NCBI GenBank assembly: GCA_021613535.1
Contig: CP075492.1
Span: 1,116,001 to 1,180,000 of the forward strand
Direction of reading: 5' to 3'
Length of the DNA stretch: 64,000 bases
From: Adineta vaga
Lineage: Eukaryota > Animalia > Rotifera
In this document: positions 1-11,592 of the stretch, in pieces
Layout of the letters: each line of letters starts with the position of its first letter
Position numbering within the stretch: position 1 is the first letter of the stretch
The notes under the pieces: generated by a model
Told to the model about the DNA's origin: nothing
Seen by the model: only the letters and a program-made list of their open reading frames with translations
Database searches by the model: none
Program-made: the position numbers and the translations under genes

Positions 1-2
1 AT

Positions 3-3000
3 TGTCCATTCAATGATGACGAAACATTCAATCAAAGTTGTTCTCTGAGCAATGTTAAACATCGTTTTGAGTGTTTAGTTAATGGCACAAAGACATGTCT
101 AGCACCATTGATGATTGAAGATCATTTTAGTGATTGTGATAATTCTGAAGATGAGGATTCAGAAGATATGAAATTTCTAAGAAATCATATCACATTTTCA
201 ACTATATGTGATGGTAAAGAAGACCTAACGCCTGTATTCATTGATGAACAATATGAAACGGACGAAACCGAGTGTGAATATTGGCCATGTAACAATACCT
301 ATAGTAGATGTGATGGATTTTGGTTGTGTCGAGATGGGGCTGATGAAGTCAATTGTTTACCGTCAACTTGTCCTGAATTTCAATATAATTGTGTCTATCC
401 AAATGACACAACGAACTTAGCCTGTTTAACAATTAATCAAATTGGAGATGGTTTCATTGATTGTCTTGGTGCATCCGATGAACGAGTATTTTATCGTCAA
501 GGAAAATCTGATATTTTCTGGCACAATTTCAAATGTTCGAATGAACCAAAGTTGATTAATTCTTCTTCTTTTTGTAATAATAAAAGCGAATGTTTATTTG
601 GGGACGATGAAAAATTTTGTACACATTATGGATATATGTATCGTTATAACTGTCATTATGGAAATCTATCATTACTTACAGAAGTAGAACAATTTTTTTG
701 TTATAATTATCATGTATTCCGACGATCACCAAAAATTTATTTTAAATTGCATAGTATGCCGAACTATTCAATTCAATCTATTACCGCATATGACTCTTCT
801 GTGTCGATTATTCAAGAAGTAACTTCATCGATACAGAGTAATTCAATAGAAAATATAAAGCATGTAGACGGATGGATATGTAATCGAGGAATTGGTATCT
901 ATATTCGAAGTGATATAAATCAATCGAAATTCTATTGTCTTTGTCCACCAAGTTATTATGGAGATCGATGCGAATATCAAAATCAACGTGTTAGTATAAC
1001 ACTACAAGTACGTATAATATATGATTGGCGAATTGTATTTAGTTTCATTATAATGCTTATCGATAATGATGGACATATTGAATCACATGATCATATTGAT
1101 TATTTATCAATCCGAGATTGTGATATTAAATTTCATCTTAATCTACTTTATTCAAGTCGCCCAAAGAATCAAACTAAGAACTATTCTGTACGAATCGATA
1201 CATTCAATAAACTTACATTGCAATATCGAGCAAGTTGGTTATTTCCATTTTTATTTCCTTTTCTACCAGTACATCGTCTATCGTTACTACTCATTCTTCC
1301 TTCTCACAATATTCTATCGCATAAACAATGCACACCATCTTGTATTCACGGTTATTGTTATCATTATATCAATCAACCTAATTTGACATTTTGTCGATGT
1401 GAATCCAAGTGGTCAGGTGTTCGATGCGACATTGCCAATCAATGTGATTGTGCATCGGATTCAGTGTGTCTTACCGATTCGATTTGTGTTTGTCCCCTTC
1501 ATCGATATGGTCCTCGATGTTATCTACGTCATTCAGTATGTCATTCCAAAAGTTGTGATAACAATGGCAAATGTATACCGAACGATGAGCGACATACATC
1601 AACGGATGAATATCAATCGACATGCATTTGTCCACTAGAATATTCTGGCAAACAATGTAAATATCGTCAAACACGCATTGATATTAAGTTCGATAATCAA
1701 ATTGAAATTACAGCGACATTATTTCTTCATTTCATTACACTTAAAGATCAAATCGAACCAATTCGATTAAGTATCATGAAAAAAATAACATGGGATCAAA
1801 CTTTGTTAACACTCTACACATCGATTCAATTCAATCTTGCTTTTGCAGAAATATTCAATAAACTCTATTTGATTATTTTTCAAGAAGAGATTATTATTTC
1901 TGCATTTATCACAACAAAAATTCGTCCATCCCATCGATGTTTCTCTATTGATGAACTCTTCAATGAAACGATAGTTAATCGGAAATTATTACGACGTATT
2001 AAACACTATCATATACCGTGTCGTGAACAATCAGATCTAATGTGTTTTTACGATGCTTTTTATCTCTGTTTATGTGATCAGTTTCGACGTGCTTATTGTT
2101 TCGCATTCGATCATAAAATGACTTACAATTGTAGTGGATATGATATTTGTGAAAATGGTGGTCTATGCTTTCAAGACGATTTCAAGTGTCCCATATCGTT
2201 TCAATGTATCTGTCCAAAATGTTACTACGGATCACGTTGTCAATTTTCTACTAAAGAATCTACATTGTCGTTGGATGCAATTATTGGTTATCAAATTTAT
2301 CAAAATACACCTGTTCATCGCCAACCTCTTGTTATTCAAATCACTATGAGTGTGATCATCACTATGTTTTTTATTGGTTTTATCAGTAATTTTCTCTCGT
2401 TACTCACCTTTCAAACACAAACAGCACGTTATGTCGGCTGTGGTATCTATCTTTTCGTATTATGTATCGTATCGATGATCACATTAAGTTTACTTGTCGT
2501 GAAATTTTTATTTCTACTCACATCACAAATGGATCTCATAAATCATCATGCATTTCTACTAGTACAATGTATATTTGTCGATTTCCTTCTGCGAGTTTTA
2601 GTAAGTTCAGGAGATTGGCTAAGTGTTTGTGTAGCCATTGAACGTACCAGTAATGTATTGCGAGGCATTCAATTTAATCCAACAAAAAGTAAACAAATAG
2701 CAAAATGGATTATCCCACTAGTTATTCTGTTTACTTGCTGTACCCATACTCATGATCCACTTCACCGTCATGTCATTGACGATATAGAAGAACAACGTAA
2801 ATGGTGTGTGACAAAATACTCTTCATCTCTACAAACGTTCGATTTGTTTATTAATATTCTTCATTTTTCATTTCCATTCGCCATTAATTTTCTTTCTGCA
2901 TTCATCATCATCATAAAATTAGCACATACACGTGCGAAAATTACTGAAAAACGATCTTATGGAGAAGTTTTGAGAAAGGAATTGAACAAACATAAAAGTA

Positions 3001-3239
3001 TTCTCATCTCACCATGTATTATTGTCATATTAATATTTCCTCGTCTCTTCATGTCAATATTAGCCGATTGCATGGAATCGGCTCGGAATCCTTGGTTTTA
3101 TTTAATTGGTTACTTGATTCCATTCATTCCACTCATGTCGACTTTTCTCATATTTATTCGACCATCCAAAATATACAGAAAAGAATATGCCACAGTGATG
3201 CAACGTTTTTGGAAAAAATTGACTAATACAATTCAATGA
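3..3239 (+). CDS. LDL-receptor class A / EGF-repeat-containing 7TM (rhodopsin-like) receptor, 5'-truncated by the window edge
   Basis: Frame is open from position 3 (CPFNDDETFN...), upstream of the listed 108 start. LDLa motifs (CDGFWLCRDGADEVNC, DGFIDCLGASDE), EGF motifs (CLCPPSYYGDRC, CICPLEYSGKQC) and seven C-terminal hydrophobic segments with a DRY-equivalent VAIER. No introns. Confidence 0.88.
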   Translation, partial: CPFNDDETFNQSCSLSNVKHRFECLVNGTKTCLAPLMIEDHFSDCDNSEDEDSEDMKFLRNHITFSTICDGKEDLTPVFIDEQYETDETECEYWPCNNTYSRCDGFWLCRDGADEVNCLPSTCPEFQYNCVYPNDTTNLACLTINQIGDGFIDCLGASDERVFYRQGKSDIFWHNFKCSNEPKLINSSSFCNNKSECLFGDDEKFCTHYGYMYRYNCHYGNLSLLTEVEQFFCYNYHVFRRSPKIYFKLHSMPNYSIQSITAYDSSVSIIQEVTSSIQSNSIENIKHVDGWICNRGIGIYIRSDINQSKFYCLCPPSYYGDRCEYQNQRVSITLQVRIIYDWRIVFSFIIMLIDNDGHIESHDHIDYLSIRDCDIKFHLNLLYSSRPKNQTKNYSVRIDTFNKLTLQYRASWLFPFLFPFLPVHRLSLLLILPSHNILSHKQCTPSCIHGYCYHYINQPNLTFCRCESKWSGVRCDIANQCDCASDSVCLTDSICVCPLHRYGPRCYLRHSVCHSKSCDNNGKCIPNDERHTSTDEYQSTCICPLEYSGKQCKYRQTRIDIKFDNQIEITATLFLHFITLKDQIEPIRLSIMKKITWDQTLLTLYTSIQFNLAFAEIFNKLYLIIFQEEIIISAFITTKIRPSHRCFSIDELFNETIVNRKLLRRIKHYHIPCREQSDLMCFYDAFYLCLCDQFRRAYCFAFDHKMTYNCSGYDICENGGLCFQDDFKCPISFQCICPKCYYGSRCQFSTKESTLSLDAIIGYQIYQNTPVHRQPLVIQITMSVIITMFFIGFISNFLSLLTFQTQTARYVGCGIYLFVLCIVSMITLSLLVVKFLFLLTSQMDLINHHAFLLVQCIFVDFLLRVLVSSGDWLSVCVAIERTSNVLRGIQFNPTKSKQIAKWIIPLVILFTCCTHTHDPLHRHVIDDIEEQRKWCVTKYSSSLQTFDLFINILHFSFPFAINFLSAFIIIIKLAHTRAKITEKRSYGEVLRKELNKHKSILISPCIIVILIFPRLFMSILADCMESARNPWFYLIGYLIPFIPLMSTFLIFIRPSKIYRKEYATVMQRFWKKLTNTIQ

Positions 3240-3385
3240 AATAATTACGTATACAATGCATGAATCTATTGAGCATTATCTTACATCCAGGGATCTAGTG
3301 GCGGCACCAAGAGGGAGATCTGGCGGGAGCTGAGTCCCCTAGAAATCATTCGAGCCTCCTCATATTTTTAGAATTGTCGTAGAAA

Positions 3386-3454
3386 AGGGTGGGTGGGTGT
3401 GGGTGTAGATTAAGAGAATAGCCTGATTCACACTCACATCCACACCCACACCCT
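3386..3454. repeat. Inverted telomere-like repeat hairpin (dispersed family)
   Basis: AGGGTGGGTGGGTGTGGGTG-spacer-CACTCACATCCACACCCACACCCT. Confidence 0.85.
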
Positions 3455-3805
3455 AAGAAGAGAAGAATAAAAATATCTCATTTCAATTAAAATTTTTCTC
3501 AAATTTAGGTATTTATTTTCTAATTTTCATTGCCGATAATCACTATATAACCAAGATCATCGCTGAACTATATTATTACCGATATATGTGCACATTCTTG
3601 GAGACATTTTTAATGTATACGGCAAAATTTCAAAAACGTTTTAGTGTAAATATATTCTTGGTATGAATCTAATTCTGCTGAATTCAAATCTGGGTTTCGT
3701 AGATAGAAGTAGCATTTTTAATTCAATGTAACTTTAATTTTTATCGCAAAGTTAATGTATCATTCAGAGATTCAATTTTATGAATGAAAAACAACCTTTG
3801 AGTTC

Positions 3806-5194
3806 TCATCCGAGTTGTGGTCCTTGATTAAATCTAATGATACTAATTTTATCGGTTGCATTGAAATGAATTTGATTGTTACTGATGACAAGATTAGAAA
3901 TTTCAAGGTCAGCATTGTTATTGAAAGTGTAAAGTATAGCAATACCAAAGTCATGATTATTTTGAAAACTGAGCTGAAGTGGTTGTGGAGGTGGATATAA
4001 ATCAAATTTACCTCTGACATCCCAACTCGATACTTCAATCCATACCATTAGATAAAATTCACCATTACGTTTTTGAAAAAGCAATTGTCGAACATTATTT
4101 GAATTACCTGTAAGTGAATAACTTAATGTACTTGGTGTAAAACTTGCTCCTTTATCACTTAGTAATGATATTATGTTTTTTACTGCTCGAAACGATGGTT
4201 TTTCAGTTAAATTATTTCTTAATAAACCAAAAAAGCCTTCTCCATCTGGTAATGCTTGATCGACAAGTTCATATTTGTATGTACGATAAATACCACGACG
4301 AAAGAATTCAGCAAGAATACGAAGTGTATATTTACCATCAGCTTCTTCTGATACACCACCAACTTCAATGAAATTTGTATGACCAGTTTCAGTAGTTTGA
4401 ACAAGTTTACCAGACGGCGATTGTTCGCGAGCCAAGTAATTAAGATACCAATCGATACTACGAGTTCCATTACTATCATAACCATGAAAACCTGGCCAAT
4501 AAGTCCAATAATATATATGCTGATTTCCATAATCAATAAATGAATCGGAATTGCCCATAGCACGATATGCTTCGTAATTTACAAATGATGGTCCAATGAC
4601 GGAAAATTTATTTAACACTGGATCAGCTTTTACTTTATTGTATAGAAGAATACTATAATTTTTGATAGTCGATAACCAGTCAGTATCAGGACCATGTGTA
4701 TTTGGATGATCATATTCATTTGGAGCTTCTATTGAAGCTACTGTTTGTAATGCTGAAGTTTTGATAGCATCTAATTCGGAATCAATCTGTGTTGGATCAA
4801 GTGGAGCTGGCCAAGAACCAGGTACCCATCGTCCAGTTAACATATTTGTTTTAATTCCAAAATTATTATAAAGATCATTAGCTCGAGTAAAAATAATAGG
4901 AGAAAACGTTCCGTCTCGAACATAACGAATACCAGATTCAGCCAATTTAATTCTAATTTCAGTATAATTATTAGCATACACACCTTTAAATGCCCAGTGA
5001 GTGTTCACACCAATACTTTCAACAAATGAATCAGCTTGAAATGCTGTTATAGTTCCAGTTGATATCACTGGAATTGTTGCAATCATCAACAAAAACCAAC
5101 ATCGTATCGATCTAACAGCAATATGATCTAAAACCAATTCATCTCATTCGCATACAAAATCTACAAATCGTATATTTTTCTACATACCAATCAT
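3806..5194 (-). CDS. Secreted bacterial-type clan GH-A (TIM-barrel) glycoside hydrolase; HGT candidate; 2 exons (5194-5188, 5127-3806)
   Basis: Motifs ADSFVESIGVNTHW, IEAPNEYD (putative acid/base) and VQTTETG (putative nucleophile); hydrophobic N-terminus. ATGATTG|gtatgt...ttttag|ATCAT gives an in-frame 60-bp intron (5187-5128). Confidence 0.75.
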
Positions 5195-6120
5195 TGAATA
5201 AAGACAATCTTGTTAATACTCGACACTTTGAATACTAATGAAAATATTCTTCTTTTTAATATACTTTTGAAAGTTGATAGTTTTGTTGTATTGTGATATT
5301 CTCAGCGATTACTCGAAGAAAAAGGTATTCTGGATTAGAATTAATTGTTAAAAGGTACACAGGTGCATAGGATAAATTTCAAAAGTAATCTTTTTCTTCA
5401 ATCTAAATGTATTTATTATTTCTATGGATGTTTTTATTCTGAGTACTGTGTCAGAATAGATGTTTAACCCTTTGAGTACAGAGTTATTTTCTATTGCTGT
5501 GCAACACTATAGTGAACCACTTTTTAGTGTGAAAGCATTACAAAAATAATAAGAATGACAAAGTAATATTAGTTGTCATGATAAATAAATTCAGATATTT
5601 CTATGTAATAATCGAATGGAATATTTCATGATAAATGATCGACAGAAATCATTGTACAAATACAAGATTAAGTACTGATTTCATATGATATTGGAAATAG
5701 AGTATTTGTTAATGAAATGTCAATTCATTAGAATATAGATATCTCTCTTATTCAATTATTATCAATGATTTAAATAAAGATGGATGGATGATTATTATTG
5801 TTATTATATATTGTCGAAAAAATAATGTAAAGACATTAGTTAAAAGTTATTAGTTTTAGTAGGATAGAAGATTTACATATCAATTCTACTCTCATCCTCA
5901 AACTGAGTTTCATCTGTAAATATGCTATTCTTGTCTTTACTTTCATTTTCATTCTCAAGATGAGATTCTCTTTCGTATCTGAGCACAATAAAAAATACAG
6001 CTTTGATTTGACAAAAAGATAAGAACAAATTTACTTTCTTTTTAAAAGAAAATCAATATTATCTTTATTTACTTTGCTGAAGAATATTAGTTATTCAAAT
6101 ATCATAGATTTTTATTCATT

Positions 6121-7044
6121 TTTCGATAGAAATTTGAATTTGTATGTCGCCGATTTTTTCAATGATAGAATTCAATGTGTTCGACTGAATCAGTTGAATG
6201 GTTCAACAGTAACAGGAAATGGCGCATCAGGAACTATTACACTCTTTCATCCTATAGATGTTGTAGTTGATGCAGATGGATATTTATTTATTGTTGACTG
6301 TGGTAATTATCGTGTCATCGGATCAGAACTGAAGGGTTTTCGATGTATAATTGGATGCACAGGAACGAGTGGCTCAAGACTCAATTAACTAAAAGGTCCA
6401 CACAGTTTTAGTTTCGACAGTTATGGCAACTTATTTGTTACTGATAGTGACAATGCTCGAGTACAAAAATTTGCTTTGGCTACAAATTCTTGTAATAAAT
6501 CATTTTTCTAATGATCATATAAACTGAGATGTCATATTCAATATCGTTTCTATTCTAGGTGTATCTTATAATCAACCAAAACTTTGTCCAAGTACAACAT
6601 GGAATCCAAATGCAATAACTTTTCTAAACAATACTATGGTTGGCATGTATACTTATGATATTTTTATTAATATTAACAATATGGTTTTTGAGGGTATGAG
6701 AAGTTTTAATTGTATTCAGTCTTGGTCAGAAGAAAATATGACTTTAATGAAAAATATATCTTCTAATTTAGTTTTTCCATACAGTATTTTTATTACAATT
6801 AATAAGGATATTTATATTAGTGATAATATGTCAAACTATCGAGTAGTAAAATGGACATCAAATACGACAACTGATGCAGATGTAATGTATTCTAATGGGA
6901 TTTGTCATAATCTTTTCGTTGACATCAATGAAAATCTTTATTGTTCTATTATTGATGAACATCAAGTTATTACAAAGTTATTTTTAAATGATGCTAATAC
7001 AACAGAAGTTATAGCTGGTAATGGATCTGCTGGGTTTACATCTA
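6121..7044 (+). pseudogene. NHL-repeat protein fragment (decayed)
   Basis: NHL motifs (NLYVADFFNDRIQ, PIDVVVDADGYLFIVD, FDSYGNLFVTDSDNARVQKF). In-frame TAA at 6386-6388 with homology continuing past it. Second block (SYNQPKLCPSTTWNPNAITF) ends abruptly at the hairpin at 7045. Confidence 0.8.
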
Positions 7045-7111
7045 GAGGGTGTGTGTGTGCGTGAGTATTAACATCTATCTAACACCCACACCCACACCCA
7101 CACCCACCCTC
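7045..7111. repeat. Inverted telomere-like repeat hairpin
   Basis: GAGGGTGTGTGTGTGCGTGAG-spacer-CACCCACACCCACACCCACACCCACCCTC. Confidence 0.85.
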
Positions 7112-7335
7112 GACCGAAGTCACTCAAATTTCTCAGGTTCTCAAATATATTGTTTAATTACCGGGTAACGAGATCGTTATTCAATGGGACAAGCTGTTCG
7201 GAAGGTAATAAAATTCATTTGGTTACCCCACTGGATATCCACAAAATGTCTCAGTACTATTGCCCTGTCTTATAATATTATCCAAGTAAGTATATAATAA
7301 AAATAACAGAACGATTCAATAGAAAATCAGTTGTA

Positions 7336-10300
7336 TTACAATGTGACTTGAAATGTTTTAATTTCCATTGGATTGAGCGTGACTATTGTATCTTTCAGCG
7401 AATATTGCTCTAGAACAAAGCATATAATCTAGATTATTGATCGGAACAATACTCACTTGATATATCAATATGTGACGATTCCTTGTCATTTGTCATCCAA
7501 TCGAGTCGTTTCAATTGGGACAGAGGAAAATTGGCACCAAGTGTTAATTCGATCAAATCAGTAATTATACCAACACTTTTAAATAATGTTTGCAGATCAA
7601 TTTTGACTGGATGTGAATAAGTTTCATCTTCGTTCAGTTCAAAGTAATGTTCAATACGAAGAAGAAATTGTTTGGAACTCAATTGATCGAGTGTCAACAA
7701 ATGAACGTTGAGCGGCATACTTTCCGACAGAGCAGACCACGTTTGATGGTAGATATTCGAATAATTTGCATAGGATATTTGAGGTAAAGCAAAAGTAATA
7801 ACGGGATTCATGAACAATTGTTGAGCGCCGACTCGGTGAGCAAAAGCACTGTTTGCAGGTGATTCGACGATGAGAAAATGTTTGCCACGTACTACAAGAC
7901 CTTTGCCAAAGGCTGTTTCATTTAATGGTTCATTGACCCCAAGTGAATCATCGTGGAGTATACGACGATGAACCATAATTTCGATTGAGCCATCGTGTAA
8001 ACTTCCACCTCCTTCAGATCGATCTAGATAGATAATAATTTTCAGAAGATGTCAGGAAAATAGCTTTTAGTCAGTTCTATTGTTACCCGTTAGTATAGTC
8101 AATTGTCGTGTACCATCTCGAATCCAAATGCGACTATTGATTGGATAATAATTGCCGCTAACATTTTCGACAATTGAATAGTTCCATGTTGGTCGATAAT
8201 TACGTATTCGTTCGAGTACTTCACGTCCATTGGCATCCGTATAATATTTCGATGCACTATCAATATCGGTATCATACCGTACAATAATCTCTTTACCAAC
8301 ATTATCATCAATCGGAATGGGTCCAACTGTCCATTCTACTTCAACAGATGACATTCCCTGGAAAAGACTTACTTCTTGACTGGCCCACTCATTAAATACG
8401 ATTAATGCTGATTGTACTGTTTCCGTTTTTGTACATGTTCTAAATTGACAATTGAAAGTAGACAAGAATAATTTCTATCAACTCCCTCACATAGTACGAG
8501 TAGTGCTCACAGGCTGTGCTTCCGATGTCAACGGTCGGAAAACATAGGCTCCAGATGCTTGAAATTCCCCAGCAGAATTGTTACCCGGAAAACCTTGAAA
8601 ATAAATTAAGATTTTCATATTGTCTATTCACTTACTTGAATACCAGTAGAAGCCCTGCGCAGTAAATGGTACTGAAATATGCTTCTTCAAATTGATAATC
8701 TGATGTAGATTACCTTGATCATCGAATTCTACTCGAAGATTCTACCAATGACAATTCAATTCGATTTTAGATCGCAATTCAATCTCTTACTTCGTTCTCT
8801 AGATAGCACGTTTCCTTTCGTACTGTTTTCACCTTCTTTTTTTCGGTCTTCTCACTACCTACGATATTAATAAGTTAACAAAACGATACATTGAACATAG
8901 TTATATACTTTTAACTTCGAAATAATAAGTGCTAAAGCCAAGAGCAGGGAGTACAGCTGTGAATATGTACTGATTTCGAGCAGAACTCTTTCGACCAGGA
9001 ATATTTTTTGTAGTGTTTGAAATTGGGAGATACTAAGAAAGCATAGAATAGATATTTCGAAATTTCCCCTTGTAACACCGTACTGTAGCTGATACACTAC
9101 TTCCCATTGGATCACGAATTACATATTCTTTTGTAACAGGTACACGAATATGATGAGTAACGGGATGAATAGTTGGATTCCAAAGCGTCAATGTGAACTA
9201 TGAAGGCAACATACATGTTTGTTGGATACCAGGAAACATTTTTTGGTATTTACCTGGTTTCGTCTTTCGATGGGTAAACATTCGCTAATGTTTAAATATT
9301 GACAAAGAAATTGAGGTGCTGTCATTGGTAATTTACTTTCCTTCGGCAATAATTTAGCATAAGCATTATTGATCACATCCTGTACAAATGAACTTACAAA
9401 TGAGATAACATTTTACTAACATACCGCAGCTATGTCTATTCCTTCAGATAATCGTTGAGCATAATCATCGGCAACATGTTGCTTCTCTGTTCCACTAATT
9501 GCATCATGATGTTGAGCAATACCCATTGCTTCACCTGTACTGCATACAACATTAGATCGAGAAGACAAAATATGCACGTCATACTCAAATAAAAAATCCT
9601 GTTGCGTGAATTTATTTGTGAAAGTGCATTGAGTTGACGTGTAGCTTGAAGAATATTATTTGCATGTCGTTCATAACGTTTGAGTGAAGCTCGTGAAGTA
9701 AAGAAACCTGTCCAAAATCCATGCGGAGTATCACCATATGGAAAGAAGTCATCCATTTTCGATGTCCATTCTCTACCAGCTTTGTTCAATGCATACAAGT
9801 AACATGAAGGTGTTGAATAGAATACATTAACATCGCTACCATTCGCTTGCTAAATATACAAATAGAGAAAGTTAAATGATAATGAAAGAATGATTACCTG
9901 AGCATTGACATACGTGATCAATTTATCCAAGTTTTTAAACCACGTATTCGCATTTTCATATTGAAAATCGCGTCCCATTGTCATTATGATATGATTAGTA
10001 ACAAAGCCTTGTGCCTAGAAAAATGATTAGAAAATAAAGTATATTTTGTGCTTGAAGACAGTTCTAGGCCTCCAAGTTCATTTCACAATAATTTAGAAAA
10101 ACAAACCTGATCATGTGCAGCTTTGATGAATGCTCGAACTCGTTCAGGAACATTGTAATCGTGTAAACGTGGATCGTCCTAAAACAAGCATGTACATACA
10201 AAAATGGAAGATAGCAAATAAGAAGAATATGACTAACCATAATGGGTTGATCGTCACAAGATTGATCGAAACAGAACGTGTCTGGTGGATCATAAAAATT

Positions 10301-11334
10301 CGACAAAATACTTGTAAATAGCCAACTCTGGCGACCTAGAAACATGTGTGTATCTATAGAATTCCTGGAATACTATTATCGAGACATACCTAAATTGGCA
10401 CTACCCTTCCAGACTAGTTCCATTGTTTTGGTTTGATTGCGTTGATCTTCATCTTGATAGTCAAGTCGTGCAAAAAACAGCCCATCGAAACCCATCTTTA
10501 AAATGAGAAAGAATAAAGTATATACACTTTTTCGAGATCACTAGACCTGTGCAAAAAGTGATGCAGCTTCGCGAGAATGCCCAAACGGATCGATTTGCCA
10601 GGCAATCTTTGGTCGAGCGCAATCACCAAATTGATCGCGTAAAAATTCAGCTCCTAAACTATGCTGATCGATGATTGAATTGTAGTGTGTTGTTGCTTCA
10701 TCATGCATACACCAGCCACCAGAAATAAACTCAAGACGACCTGATTTATATAGATTTAAAACAGCCTTAAAATTTATACTTACCATCGTTCACGAGCTCT
10801 TTAACTATGTTACGTGTATCGTTCGACTGTTCGTTCCACCAACGCCAGAAAAAGGCTATTTCAACATAGATAAAACGTCGTTCTGGATTTTTCACTAATG
10901 CCTCGATCACCGAATCGAGAACGTATTGAACGCCCCCACGCTGAATGTTGTTGCGAGCTAGATAGAACATATGACGAGGCTCTGTTGTATTGTACTATAT
11001 TTATATAAGACTCAAGTCAACTTCATGTGAAAAACTGACCTTATATCTACATATTTCACATGTCTATTCAAGGTTCTACTCACATCCATAATAGTATTGA
11101 TCGATTGTTTTTAGCCAACCGACATCGTCATGTGTATGTGGTACTATGTGAACATTAAGTTTATTTACTTGGCCCAAATTGCATGACTAGAAAGAGATAC
11201 TTTCCTCTTCTAATTATCTATATAGACTCGCTATTTACTTCGTAGCCACAACCATTCTGTGACTTGCGCAATGCTTCAAAAGACTGTACAACAACCGAAA
11301 GAAGAATTACGTAGTAGATATAAGAGATGTGCAT
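7336..11334 (-). CDS. MAN2B1: Lysosomal alpha-mannosidase (GH38, MAN2B1-like), multi-exon
   Basis: Signal peptide [16 protein letters not shown]. Motifs [86 protein letters not shown] and C-terminal [10 protein letters not shown]. Many short GT-AG introns. Confidence 0.93.
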
Positions 11335-11528
11335 TGTTTGTCTTGGATGAATTAGAATCTACAATTTATCTTAAATGAAGAAGTTTGCACATCACAAATA
11401 AAAGCACAGCGTATTTCTTCAATGTAACTAAATTGAAAATGAAAGATAAGAACAGAATTCTCGGTAGCACGCCTAGGTTATTTCACCAAGATGTACTGAT
11501 AACAAACCAATGATTCGTCCAATGTAAA

Positions 11529-11592
11529 GAGGGTGTGGGTGCGGGTGTCAATCTCAAGCTACAGTCTCACATACACCCACACCCACACCCTC
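11529..11592. repeat. Inverted telomere-like repeat hairpin
   Basis: GAGGGTGTGGGTGCGGGTGT-caatctcaagctacagtctc-ACATACACCCACACCCACACCCTC. Confidence 0.9.

Noticed and set aside
3289-3372. GC-rich segment TAGTGGCGGCACC...GAGTCCCC resembling a DNA-transposon end
   Set aside because: No partner inverted end or TSD found; too short to support a call.
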